64,000 nt of DNA from Nitrosomonadaceae bacterium (GCA_036477105.1 JAZGCR010000202.1:33-64032), one strand, 5' to 3'; shown: positions 34,210-42,643, numbered from the stretch's first letter. Notes: generated from the sequence alone by a model not told the origin. Program-made: numbers and translations.

Positions 34210-34230
34210 GGGCGGTTTTGGGGCGGTTTT
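34210..34230 (+). repeat. arm-type repeat pair GGGCGGTTTT x2 (P' arm candidate)
   Basis: GGGCGGTTTT occurs at 34210..34219 and 34221..34230, just 3' of the integrase stop. Confidence 0.6.
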
Positions 34231-34234
34231 GGTT

Positions 34235-35323
34235 TTACCAGCCTTCCCCGGCGATCACTTTTCCCTCGAGCTTATGCTTGTCATCCTGCTGGCTATAGCC
34301 CTCTATCCATTCAGCATATATCCGGTAAAACATTTCCAGCGTGTGGCCCATCTGTTGGGCAGCTTTCCCTGGCTCAACACCAGAGGACAACAGTTCCGCG
34401 GCACGCGTGTGCCGGCATGTATAGGGGATCCGATAGGGGATGTTCAGAGCCTCGAGTGTGATTTGCCATTGCCGATTAAATACATCGGTGTCCAGGTGCG
34501 GACGGTCGAAGCTGTTAAGGAAAATGTAACTTTTCTTCCAGCGCGTCGTATGCGCCTTGATAATCTCTCGGGCCCAGGTAGGAATAAAAACGTATCGGGC
34601 TTCATGATTTTTGGTGCTGGCTTTCCGTTGCCGGCGTACTATCGATTTGTAGACATGGAATTGTTCTGCCTCCAGGTCGGACCACTGCAGGGCCAGTATC
34701 TCCCCGGGGCGCAAGCCGCAGCCAAACAGAATCGCAAAATATACCAGCGCCTGGCCGGTGGATGCACCGAGAATGGATTGGCGTTCTTTGCGGGTGAATC
34801 GCTGGATCTTGGGTTTCTGGTGTTTCTTTATCTTGATGGCGGCTACAGGGTTGCTGGTAATCATGCCGTCATCCATGGCCAGGGTGAATACGCCACGCAG
34901 GGGAATTAGGATGTTTTTCTTCGTCTTGTTACTGACTGGCGCCTTTTTCAACACTTTTTTGATATCGCTGGTGCGTATATCGGTGATCAGGTGGCCGCTG
35001 AAGGCCGGTAACCAGTATTTGTCCAGTGAGCTCTTATAACTGAGTAGGGTTGACCAGTCGGCGTCCAGGGTGTCTAGAAAGGTCTGTGCGAGGTTTCCCA
35101 TAAAATCTGTATTGGCGTCGGCATCATCGACATATAGAGGTAAGCCCAGGGCCATGCGCTGCTTTAGGTCGTCTCTGCGCCGGGTCGCTGCGGCAAGGTC
35201 AGCTTTGATATATGGATTGCCCTGGAGGGTTTCCGAATAGAAGAGTTTGCCCCCTCTCCAGATCCTGACGCGGATCCCATTTCCGTGGGGCTCGAGGCCT
35301 GTGGGCCACCGTTTCTTAGCCAT
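34235..35323 (-). CDS. int: tyrosine integrase
   Basis: 362 aa. The C-terminal catalytic pattern ..GLRPGEILALQW.., ..YTCRHTRAAELLSSG.., ..MGHTLEMFYRIYAEW.. fits R..HxxR..Y. It is adjacent to the attP candidate. Confidence 0.9.
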   Translation of the reverse strand: MAKKRWPTGLEPHGNGIRVRIWRGGKLFYSETLQGNPYIKADLAAATRRRDDLKQRMALGLPLYVDDADANTDFMGNLAQTFLDTLDADWSTLLSYKSSLDKYWLPAFSGHLITDIRTSDIKKVLKKAPVSNKTKKNILIPLRGVFTLAMDDGMITSNPVAAIKIKKHQKPKIQRFTRKERQSILGASTGQALVYFAILFGCGLRPGEILALQWSDLEAEQFHVYKSIVRRQRKASTKNHEARYVFIPTWAREIIKAHTTRWKKSYIFLNSFDRPHLDTDVFNRQWQITLEALNIPYRIPYTCRHTRAAELLSSGVEPGKAAQQMGHTLEMFYRIYAEWIEGYSQQDDKHKLEGKVIAGEGW

Positions 35324-35490
35324 TTATCCATTTCCTCTATAAAGATGACCGTGGTTCGGCCAAACGTCTGGTAGTGTATACCCTTCTTCAGATAACGCTC
35401 TATCCAGCCGCGTAGCTGACCATCGGTAAACCCCGACTCTTCGAGATATTTGGTTTTTGCAATACCTGCTGCATGTCCCATATTAAACAC
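35164..35490 (-). CDS. excisionase-like DNA-binding protein
   Basis: The N-terminal roughly 55 aa (..KYLEESGFTDGQLRGWIERYLKKGIHYQTFGRTTVIFIEEMDKWL) is Xis/winged-helix-like and lies upstream of int. The C-terminal part overlaps int by about 160 nt, and the functional end is uncertain. Confidence 0.5.
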   Translation of the reverse strand: MFNMGHAAGIAKTKYLEESGFTDGQLRGWIERYLKKGIHYQTFGRTTVIFIEEMDKWLRNGGPQASSPTEMGSASGSGEGANSSIRKPSRAIHISKLTLPQRPGAETT

Positions 35491-35793
35491 CTACTTTTCT
35501 CTTTTAACCTTCACTTCTGACTGTTTGTTCTGCAGTCTGAGTTCAAAATGCAGAGTACACAGATCACATTTTACGGCCTTTTCATCACAGTCTTTAATTG
35601 CACATACAGTCATCACTGGTTCTCCCCAGGGGGTTTTCTCGTAGCATTCATCACATACAGTTGCGGACTCAAAGACATTAACCCCATTGCGTTTAGCCTC
35701 TGCTAATGCCTCTTCTTCACTCCAGTCGTATGCAAAAACACCTTTGCACATAGCACACTGGAATTGTTCTGACCTGTCTGGAGTATCTATCAT
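35491..35793 (-). CDS. hypothetical Cys-rich (zinc-binding?) protein
   Basis: 100 aa with CAMC..CDEC..C..C..C pairs. Confidence 0.5.
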   Translation of the reverse strand: MIDTPDRSEQFQCAMCKGVFAYDWSEEEALAEAKRNGVNVFESATVCDECYEKTPWGEPVMTVCAIKDCDEKAVKCDLCTLHFELRLQNKQSEVKVKREK

Positions 35794-35796
35794 GGT

Positions 35797-36024
35797 TTAT
35801 TGATCATTCACCATCGATTCCATGCACTTATCAGCCAACTCACCCAATATCTTTTGACTGAGTATCGGCATGATATCTTCGATGCCAATATAAACTGCGT
35901 TCATTTCAATTAAAGGTGCACTACCTGGATAAGTGGGTGTTTGAGGTTCTTCTGGTTGATAATCAAAGTGCACTGTTACAGAGAGATCGCCGTAAATGAT
36001 TGTTGATAGTTTTTGTTCGCTCAT
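35797..36024 (-). CDS. hypothetical protein
   Basis: 75-aa ORF in the early operon. Confidence 0.45.
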   Translation of the reverse strand: MSEQKLSTIIYGDLSVTVHFDYQPEEPQTPTYPGSAPLIEMNAVYIGIEDIMPILSQKILGELADKCMESMVNDQ

Positions 36025-36266
36025 GCCTGCTTCCTTGCACGTTGAAGTTTGACTGCGATTTTAAGCTTCTCGCGTGTTTGTTTCTGTGTAAGAGGACGAG
36101 AACTATACATATTTCCGCTCAATCCGGTGGGAATCGATTCAATAGTGCCACCGGAACGTTCAAAGTTGGCAATATCGTCTTGTATTTTTTGCCGCTCTGG
36201 TTCTTTGATGTTGATGGGATTAGCCGTTGCACTAAACTGACCACCTTCTAATTCCGTTATTTTCAT
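36021..36266 (-). CDS. hypothetical protein
   Basis: 81-aa ORF, 4-nt overlaps on both sides (coupled to csrA). Confidence 0.5.
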   Translation of the reverse strand: MKITELEGGQFSATANPINIKEPERQKIQDDIANFERSGGTIESIPTGLSGNMYSSRPLTQKQTREKLKIAVKLQRARKQA

Positions 36267-36454
36267 GATTGATGTCCATTTTCATTTTCTTTTTGAATCT
36301 TGTTGAAAATCTCCTCGCGGTGAACTGGGATGTTAGTGGGTGCTGTAATTCCCAGTCGTACCTGGTTTCCCTTAACGCCGAGGACAGTGACTTTTATATC
36401 ACCCTCTTTACCAATCATTAGAGTCTCACTAATGCGCCTTGTAAGTATCAACAT
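36263..36454 (-). CDS. csrA: carbon storage regulator CsrA/RsmA homologue
   Basis: [54 protein letters not shown] aligns by eye almost position-for-position with CsrA ([39 protein letters not shown]). Confidence 0.9.
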   Translation of the reverse strand: MLILTRRISETLMIGKEGDIKVTVLGVKGNQVRLGITAPTNIPVHREEIFNKIQKENENGHQS

Positions 36455-36514
36455 TGAATATCTCCTTGATGTTTAAAATGGGTGCTATGGTAGCCACCCC
36501 AACAGACCTGTTTT

Positions 36515-36811
36515 CTAGGGTAATGGTTTATCCGCTGCCCCCTTTTTGCCTTCAGCAATATAACCCTTGCTGAAATCAGGGAGTGCCATAATAGGACATT
36601 CATCAGTAATTAAGAGTCTGGTTACATCAAACCACTGACCTGATTTGGTTTCGCCATTTTTATCGACAGGAGGTGTAACTACCACCTGGATACAACCGTA
36701 TAAATCAAACGATACAGTTGTAATAACGCCTGTGCAGCCAGTAACCAAATCTTTAACCTTCAGACCTAATAGGCTGACGTGACGATTGATGTTATTTTCT
36801 TCCATTTTCAT
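36515..36811 (-). CDS. hypothetical protein
   Basis: 98-aa ORF downstream of ssb. Confidence 0.5.
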   Translation of the reverse strand: MKMEENNINRHVSLLGLKVKDLVTGCTGVITTVSFDLYGCIQVVVTPPVDKNGETKSGQWFDVTRLLITDECPIMALPDFSKGYIAEGKKGAADKPLP

Positions 36812-36829
36812 TTTCCTCTAAGGTAACCT

Positions 36830-37318
36830 CTAAAAAGGTATGTCGTCGTCAAAATCATCAAAACCACCCGCTGGTGCCTGCTGCGGTGCGGATTGCCGCG
36901 ATGCTGGGCGCGGTGCTTGTTGTGCAGGCGCCTGGCTATAACCCTGGTCTGGATAGCCACCACCCTGCTGACCACCTTGACTGCGGCTATCCAACATCTG
37001 CATTTCATTAGAGACAATCTCAGTGGTGTATTTATCCTGCCCAGATTGATCTTGCCACTTGCGCGTGCGTAGAGAACCTTCGATATAGACCTTCGATCCT
37101 TTACGCAGATATTGACCGGCTATCTCAGCCAATTTGTTAAAAAACACCACTCGGTGCCACTCCGTGCGCTCCTGGGCTTGACCCGTTTGCTTGTCCTTCC
37201 AGGTTTCCGAAGTGGCAACAGTGATATTAGTGACTGCACCACCAGAAGGCATATAACGTGTCTCTGGATCATTACCCAGATTGCCAATGAGAATGACTTT
37301 ATTAATGCCTCTGGCCAT
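36830..37318 (-). CDS. ssb: single-stranded DNA-binding protein
   Basis: [20 protein letters not shown]....G.AV....ATSE.W.DK..G...[12 protein letters not shown].., a Gly/Gln/Pro tail and the terminal DDDIPF. Confidence 0.95.
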   Translation of the reverse strand: MARGINKVILIGNLGNDPETRYMPSGGAVTNITVATSETWKDKQTGQAQERTEWHRVVFFNKLAEIAGQYLRKGSKVYIEGSLRTRKWQDQSGQDKYTTEIVSNEMQMLDSRSQGGQQGGGYPDQGYSQAPAQQAPRPASRQSAPQQAPAGGFDDFDDDIPF

Positions 37319-38328
37319 TATAGAGCCTCAATTTGTTGATGAATCATATCTGCCGCTCGAGCCAACCCTTTGAGAGCACATTCAACTATATATCCGGCTT
37401 CATCACTAGTGACCTCTGGTCCACTCCATGTGCGAATTTGATCAGCAAAAGCGACGAGCTTTTCTTTGTCGGGGCGCAGTGCCTCCTCCCGTTGCTGTTG
37501 CTCTTTTTCTAATTGCCCGCGGCGATCTTGTTCTTGATAGGCGAGGATTTCACTTTCAGCCTTTTCATTGGCTTCGCGTTGCTGTTTATCTAATTCATCG
37601 CGTTGGGCCTGGAGGCGTTTATCTTCGTCTGCCTGCTCTTGTTTACGTTGGGCTGCATCAGTCTCCTGCTGATCTCGTTGTTCATCGAGTTTTTTCTGTT
37701 GTTTATCAAGTTCTGCCTGGGCTGTTGCCTGCCTATCAGTTTCGACCTTACGATCTTTGGCAGCAACTAGCATGGTGTCCAGTGACTCCAGACTTTGTTT
37801 TAGAACATGACGAGCCTCTATGGCGTACTCTTCAAATACATCGTCAGTAATTTCGATGCTCGAATAGTGATCAATCACGCCCTGTATTTGTTCGATTGAG
37901 GCATTAATATGTGTTACAGGTAAATTACGAATTACACTAATACAACTGTTGTGATTTTCTTTACGGGTTTGTTCTGCCTCTTCCGTAATACGCTTTTGAT
38001 CCGCCAGTTTCTCCTGCCATGCTTTCACCAGGGTCTGCAGGGGTTCTTCGTATTCGACGGCAATGTCTGTGAGCGATTTGGCTTGAATATCATTTTCCGA
38101 AATGCCGTCCCGATGTACCTGGTTAGCGGCCACGCGAGCTTTATTGATAGAAGTACGAACAGTGACCATTTCGGTTCTGGCCTGTTTGGCAGACTCAAAC
38201 GTTTTGTTATCACTGATAACGAGGCCTTTGGTCTTCTCGCCAATTTCCCTGATGCGGCGTTCATTGGTGCCCAATATTAGAACTTCAAGGGTTTTATCAA
38301 CGACTTCCATTTCATTTGCTTGGTTCAT
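37318..38328 (-). CDS. coiled-coil protein of the recombination module (DUF1351-like?)
   Basis: 336 aa with a long Gln/Glu/Lys/Arg-rich helical region. It sits between the exonuclease and ssb. The family assignment is tentative. Confidence 0.45.
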   Translation of the reverse strand: MNQANEMEVVDKTLEVLILGTNERRIREIGEKTKGLVISDNKTFESAKQARTEMVTVRTSINKARVAANQVHRDGISENDIQAKSLTDIAVEYEEPLQTLVKAWQEKLADQKRITEEAEQTRKENHNSCISVIRNLPVTHINASIEQIQGVIDHYSSIEITDDVFEEYAIEARHVLKQSLESLDTMLVAAKDRKVETDRQATAQAELDKQQKKLDEQRDQQETDAAQRKQEQADEDKRLQAQRDELDKQQREANEKAESEILAYQEQDRRGQLEKEQQQREEALRPDKEKLVAFADQIRTWSGPEVTSDEAGYIVECALKGLARAADMIHQQIEAL

Positions 38329-38337
38329 ACGACGCTC

Positions 38338-38982
38338 CTATGCGGCTTTGTTGCTCAGTTGTTGGTATCTTTCATGTAGAATTTTAACGAATCGGTTAAC
38401 CTTCACCGCCAGATCCCGAATGTAATCTTCATCACGGTATATTCGTTTGGTGAAAAGATTGCAGCCAGGTGGTAGATCATTTCGGAAACTGGAAAAGTCC
38501 CACCAATCGCGTTCTGCGATCCACATGCCCCCCTGCACCTGTGGCATGTGTTCCTTGGGCATTTCATTTCGAATCATTGTCTTGATATGAATCGCGGGAT
38601 TTTCCGGACTCTTGATTTCCACACCGCCAGATGTGCCCACTAGGCCATCAGGTGAGCAGCCGACAAGTCTGTCATCCCGAAGAATGAAGCCAACCGGTTT
38701 CACTTTCTCTTCGCAATCAAAAGAGTAATCGGCCAGGGCCTTGGGTTCTTCGACGTTTCCCCATTCAAGGGATTTTGCTGATATATGTCGAACATTACCC
38801 GTTAATAACTGTGCCAGTAATTCGCACATGTATGATTCTGCGGTATCACTCATAATACCGGCTTCCTTATCCTTTTTTGACCTGGGCTCCGTCATAATGT
38901 CTTTGAATCGACTGGCAGACGGTACGCCGCATCGGTGTCGATGCCATTCCTCTGATCCCTGTTCGCAGTCGAGGATAATCAT
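38338..38982 (-). CDS. YqaJ/lambda-Exo-like recombination exonuclease
   Basis: It has the N-terminus ..QGSEEWHRHRCGVPSASRFKDIMT.. and the PD-(D/E)xK-like ..SPDGLV..GGVEIKSP... Confidence 0.8.
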   Translation of the reverse strand: MIILDCEQGSEEWHRHRCGVPSASRFKDIMTEPRSKKDKEAGIMSDTAESYMCELLAQLLTGNVRHISAKSLEWGNVEEPKALADYSFDCEEKVKPVGFILRDDRLVGCSPDGLVGTSGGVEIKSPENPAIHIKTMIRNEMPKEHMPQVQGGMWIAERDWWDFSSFRNDLPPGCNLFTKRIYRDEDYIRDLAVKVNRFVKILHERYQQLSNKAA

Positions 38983-39785
38983 TATTGATCACCATCGGCA
39001 CATTTGTTCAGCTTGTGGAGCATGCGGCGTCCTTCGCTTTCGCTAAACTGTGTCAGTCGTGCATGATCAGTACCGTGCACACCGTTAATGTATGTTAGAC
39101 AGTCTTCGAGAGACTTGCCGGTGATATCCATGCCCTCCTGAATTTTATTCAATGTGTCATCTGTAATACCAACGATCTGTTGTTGAGTTCTGCCGGCAGC
39201 ATTGCCGTCATCATCAAAGGTGGCAATGTTAAAAATCATATTGGTGAGATATCGCTGGCCGTAGGATACAGAGGATGCACTGGCGTGAATAGCGGTCTTG
39301 TTGGTGTTGCCTTGGGAACCGGCACCATCGAAAGGCAAGTCATATTCATAGTGTTTGGTGTGGCCGTCGATGTGCATTACATCACACATAACTACAATAT
39401 GATTTTGAGTTTTAGAAGACTTGTTCGAGAATGATAATGAAAACCCTTGTGCTGTGTAGACTGGGACCACAACAGCGTTGATGGCAGAGAGGTCTGAATA
39501 TCCACTGTGTGTATGATCATTCGTTTTATTTTTAAAAATTGGGCCAATATTAGCTTGGGTGCGAGACATCGCGCCGGCATAGGATTTTTCTGCCTCCTGG
39601 TCCATGATCTGGTTGCGTATTGCCAACAAGCGATCGACACGGTCGATATCGATGGTCGGATCAGATGCGGCATTGATAACCGCCTGCATAATATTGGTGG
39701 CTTGAGTCGGCGCATTGGCTAACTCTTGGCTGATCTCGGATTCTTGTTCCATTACCAATTCTGGCTTTGTTTCAGGGTCACTCAT
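38982..39785 (-). CDS. ERF-family single-strand annealing protein
   Basis: ..KNKTNDHTHSGYSDLSAINAVVVPVYTAQGFSL.. and ..ASSVSYGQRYLTNMIFNIATFDDDGN.. parallel P22 Erf (..YKYRSCEDIL.., ..SSYARKYCLNGLFGIDD..). An AAGGAG RBS supports ATG 39785 over the track start 39839. Confidence 0.7.
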   Translation of the reverse strand: MSDPETKPELVMEQESEISQELANAPTQATNIMQAVINAASDPTIDIDRVDRLLAIRNQIMDQEAEKSYAGAMSRTQANIGPIFKNKTNDHTHSGYSDLSAINAVVVPVYTAQGFSLSFSNKSSKTQNHIVVMCDVMHIDGHTKHYEYDLPFDGAGSQGNTNKTAIHASASSVSYGQRYLTNMIFNIATFDDDGNAAGRTQQQIVGITDDTLNKIQEGMDITGKSLEDCLTYINGVHGTDHARLTQFSESEGRRMLHKLNKCADGDQ

Positions 39786-39966
39786 GACTTGCTCCTTGTG
39801 GATGTTCTGAATAGGTTTTAGAGGCTTGCCTGCTTTCATCAGCGGTAGGCCACTTGGGTTCGCCGCGGTTTTCAGCTAATCGTTGTTTCTCTGCTTTAAT
39901 CTCATCAGTGCGATCGACCAACTCATCATTCCAGTGTGTCTCAAAAAGATCTGTGAGGTATTTCAC
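39778..39966 (-). CDS. hypothetical protein
   Basis: 62-aa ORF, coupled to neighbours. Confidence 0.45.
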   Translation of the reverse strand: MKYLTDLFETHWNDELVDRTDEIKAEKQRLAENRGEPKWPTADESRQASKTYSEHPQGASHE

Positions 39967-40334
39967 AATCCCACCCTTTCTCGGGCTGTCCGAATTGCCC
40001 AGTCATTCACAACTGTATTCTGAGCTGCTTTCAGGGCAACTGCAGCCTCTGCAAAGTGGACTGCCGAATCACTAAAGCTCATTGATGGGCGTGCTGTGTG
40101 GAGAGCACGTTGCAGCTCCAGGATATTGTCAAGATCTTCGTCCAATACTTCCTGCCAAGTATGGGCTTTTCCGCCAACAACGACTTCTCCTTCGGAGTAA
40201 AGGATTACCATATAGGTTTCGGCCATTGCTTGGGCTTGATATTCCAGGGAAGCATTATCATCTTCACAACATTTACCTGGGTCATGCCCACGTTCGCTGT
40301 GTTCCCTTTCTATGATGCTTCTTGAAGTGTCCAT
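39963..40334 (-). CDS. hypothetical protein, first gene of the leftward early operon
   Basis: 123-aa ORF starting about 40 nt downstream of the PL-like promoter. Confidence 0.55.
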   Translation of the reverse strand: MDTSRSIIEREHSERGHDPGKCCEDDNASLEYQAQAMAETYMVILYSEGEVVVGGKAHTWQEVLDEDLDNILELQRALHTARPSMSFSDSAVHFAEAAVALKAAQNTVVNDWAIRTARERVGL

Positions 40335-40372
40335 TTCTTACACCTTTTATCTATTTAGTGGTACTGACACTA

Positions 40373-40412
40373 AGTAAAACAAATTTTACCTATAAAGTCA
40401 AATATATTTTAC
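40373..40412 (-). promoter_or_regulatory. PL-like promoter with two operators (OL)
   Basis: On the minus strand: TTGACT (40401..40396), a 17-nt spacer, then TTTACT (40378..40373). Operators are GTAAAA-CAAA-TTTTAC at 40374..40389 and GTCAAA-TATA-TTTTAC at 40397..40412. The core is nearly identical to the PR region. Confidence 0.65.
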
Positions 40413-40429
40413 TGGTATTCTTAAGGCAT

Positions 40430-40452
40430 AAAAAACCCGCACAAGGCGGGCT
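40430..40452 (-). terminator. rho-independent terminator ending the repressor operon
   Basis: On the minus strand: AGCCCGC-CTTGT-GCGGGT followed by TTTTTTA. Confidence 0.75.
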
Positions 40453-40482
40453 GGGAGGTTATTCGGAGCACTATTATAGTTA

Positions 40483-40647
40483 TTAGGTCATCATTGAATA
40501 GTTAACCAGGAGTGCTACCAGTAGAAGGGTGATGAAAATCGTTGCTCTTATGACGAAGGGTGCGGTGTGAGGCTGCCCGCAACGGGGACATTGGGTGGCA
40601 TTTTCGGAAAATTCCCACTGGCAAATCTTACATTCGATTAATGGCAT
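40483..40647 (-). CDS. 54-aa zinc-ribbon plus C-terminal TM protein
   Basis: MPLIECKICQWEFSENATQCPRCGQPHTAPFVIRATIFITLLLVALLVNYSMMT has CxxC..CxxC followed by a hydrophobic helix. It is below the track cutoff. Confidence 0.5.
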   Translation of the reverse strand: MPLIECKICQWEFSENATQCPRCGQPHTAPFVIRATIFITLLLVALLVNYSMMT

Positions 40648-40670
40648 ATAATTGTGCACCAAAATAGTAG

Positions 40671-41156
40671 CTATTTCATAAGTTCGGGAAACCCATCCCA
40701 GGTTTTACCGATCGGGTAACCAGACCAAGACTCTTCATAGGCCTTATTCCACATATAACCTTTCAGTGAAACTAAAGCCCGATGACAGAAGTTCGATCCA
40801 CCATAGGAACCCACACATATTATCATTTCTCTGATGGCAACTTTTAAGAAGCCGGCATGTGCCTGGTTACTAAGCTGGTCTGCTTCAGCAGGCAATTCTA
40901 AAATATCCCTTTTTAATGGTGCGATATAGTCAACGTATTCTGTTATGTTTTTGTAGGGTGGTGGGTTTTCTGTGATTCCAGCAATCTGAACATCATACAC
41001 TGCTCCTAGTGCATATCTCACTTTATCAAACATCTGATCCACTTCTGATATTTCAGCCTCAGTAGGACGCGGCAGGCATCCCTGACCCAAAACACAGTTG
41101 TCATATGCATGCGTAAATGCTGTAAAAAATATACTTAGACAAATAATTTTTTTCAT
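40671..41156 (-). CDS. exported (periplasmic) protein, unknown function
   Basis: 161 aa with signal peptide MKKIICLSIFFTAFTHA and several Cys. Confidence 0.6.
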   Translation of the reverse strand: MKKIICLSIFFTAFTHAYDNCVLGQGCLPRPTEAEISEVDQMFDKVRYALGAVYDVQIAGITENPPPYKNITEYVDYIAPLKRDILELPAEADQLSNQAHAGFLKVAIREMIICVGSYGGSNFCHRALVSLKGYMWNKAYEESWSGYPIGKTWDGFPELMK

Positions 41157-41398
41157 TTATTTTTCCGGTTGCCATGGGGGTTTAAAGGGGTGTCTACAAT
41201 TTCTTCTATTGATGCATAGGTTCCTCTCTGAATTCGACTGTGCAATGTGCTTTGAGAAATCCCCGCTATTTTTGATAGCTGCACCAATGTTTTAAGGGCC
41301 ATTTTATATCGGTATCGACCGTGTTTATCGGGTGCAATGGACATTGTTTGTTTTTTTCCCTGCGATTTTGCCACCAAATCATACATCCGAGTTGGCAT
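41153..41398 (-). CDS. small HTH protein
   Basis: ..LKTLVQLSKIAGISQSTLHSRIQRG.. is an HTH-like segment. It overlaps the next gene by ATGA. Confidence 0.5.
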   Translation of the reverse strand: MPTRMYDLVAKSQGKKQTMSIAPDKHGRYRYKMALKTLVQLSKIAGISQSTLHSRIQRGTYASIEEIVDTPLNPHGNRKNK

Positions 41399-41424
41399 TA
41401 ATGTGCTCCCTGTTATTTAATGTT

Positions 41425-41580
41425 TCACATCAGATATTTGCCGACGGCGATAAGAGACGCCGCCAGGCCGCTGAATAGTACCAATTCATACCAACGTGTT
41501 TTTTTAGTGATATTGGCCGTCTCGGCCAGTAACTTAGCAATTTGCGCTTGTATTCTTTCTTCATTCAAATTACTCGACAT
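41425..41580 (-). CDS. 51-aa single-TM protein
   Basis: MSSNLNEERIQAQIAKLLAETANITKKTRWYELVLFSGLAASLIAVGKYLM lies directly downstream of the repressor gene. It is below the track cutoff. Confidence 0.45.
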   Translation of the reverse strand: MSSNLNEERIQAQIAKLLAETANITKKTRWYELVLFSGLAASLIAVGKYLM

Positions 41581-41667
41581 GGTCGTTATCCTTATATTCG
41601 ATGTTGAACTCTACTCGGTCTGCTACGAAGCTAATTTTGGACGGCCTCCGTTCATGTAACAAACTGA

Positions 41668-42363
41668 TTAGACGTTTCCCAAAAGTGCCACATCTTTTAA
41701 ACGTATCACTTCATGTCTATTCAGCACAGAACTACTTTTTTCTGCCGCGGCTGTAATATAATCTAATGCCAATATGGGTCCAACTCCCAATGATACATAT
41801 CTTTGCGCTACGCCATAAAATTCACACAAACTCGCTGCTTCTACTATCGTTGGCTCACTTTCTTTATCTAACCATTTATGAACGGTTTGATGAGCGACAC
41901 CATAGACGTCGTTGGCTGTCTTTAACAAAGACGCTTTTACATCAGTGATGCCACTTTGACGAATGCCTTCACACAATCGGTCAATTATAGTATCGAGACT
42001 GTGTTCCAGGTTATGTTGTGGTTTCGCTGATCTATTGACGGCCGTATCATGACCAACAAACTTTGATGTATCGCCGGTGGCGTTCATGGCTTCACCCGTA
42101 ATTAACCAATTCAGATCTATATTGAAATATTCTGAAAGTTTTACTATGTGGTCAATACCAGGGGTGGTGGTGGTACCGTTAAACCAATGGAGTAGATTTT
42201 GCTTGCTGACCCCAGTTATTTCTTTGATAAGCCTTCGCCTTTCACTATTGTCCTGTTCCACTCCGTAATCATTCATCGCTTCAAATAGCCGCACGATAAT
42301 AGGACCTCTGCTATTGGTTGTCTCCATGGTGTTCATTCCTTTATGTAAACTATGAGTAATCAT
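41668..42363 (-). CDS. CI-like immunity repressor with two HTH modules, no S24 peptidase domain
   Basis: ..RRLIKEITGVSKQNLLHWFNG..IVKLSEYFNIDLNWLITGE.. and a second ..VYGVAHQTVHKWLDKESEPTIVEAASLCEFYGV... It is divergent from a Cro-like gene across an operator-bearing region. Confidence 0.7.
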   Translation of the reverse strand: MITHSLHKGMNTMETTNSRGPIIVRLFEAMNDYGVEQDNSERRRLIKEITGVSKQNLLHWFNGTTTTPGIDHIVKLSEYFNIDLNWLITGEAMNATGDTSKFVGHDTAVNRSAKPQHNLEHSLDTIIDRLCEGIRQSGITDVKASLLKTANDVYGVAHQTVHKWLDKESEPTIVEAASLCEFYGVAQRYVSLGVGPILALDYITAAAEKSSSVLNRHEVIRLKDVALLGNV

Positions 42364-42370
42364 AAATTGC

Positions 42371-42416
42371 TTATAGGTAAAATGTCGTTGCCATTTAGGG
42401 TAAAATATGTTTTACT
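42371..42416 (+). promoter_or_regulatory. PR-like promoter and operators (OR)
   Basis: TTGCCA (42388..42393), a 17-nt spacer, then TTTACT (42411..42416). The operator GTAAAA-TATG-TTTTAC lies at 42400..42415. TTATAGGTAAAAT (42371..42383) is the exact reverse complement of 40383..40395. Confidence 0.65.
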
Positions 42417-42442
42417 CTCGCGTAATATATGACGGTGATGCC

Positions 42443-42643
42443 ATGAACATTGACGAAGTAATTACACATCTAGGGGGTTTAAAGGCCACAGCTGATGCGC
42501 TAGGCCGATCAAAACAGTCAGTATTCCACTGGGTGAAAACTAAAAAAATCCCGTTGATAGCTCAGTGCCACATAGAACATGTGACACACGGTCATTTTAA
42601 AGCGGATACGTCAGGTTTACCTTTTGAATTGGTGGTGCAATGA
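42443..42643 (+). CDS. Cro/YdaS-like HTH regulator
   Basis: MNIDEVITHLGGLKATADALGRSKQSVFHWVKTKKIP... The track start 42407 lies inside the operator and -10 region, so ATG 42443 is preferred. Confidence 0.65.
   Translation: MNIDEVITHLGGLKATADALGRSKQSVFHWVKTKKIPLIAQCHIEHVTHGHFKADTSGLPFELVVQ

Noticed and set aside
34169-34909. 246-aa ORF on the + strand, antisense to the integrase gene
   Set aside because: It lies entirely opposite a well-supported integrase CDS in a locally GC-richer stretch. Its translation is Gly/Pro/Leu/Arg-rich with no motif, and it runs through the attP arm repeats. Long antisense frames are a common by-product of codon bias, so it is treated as non-coding.
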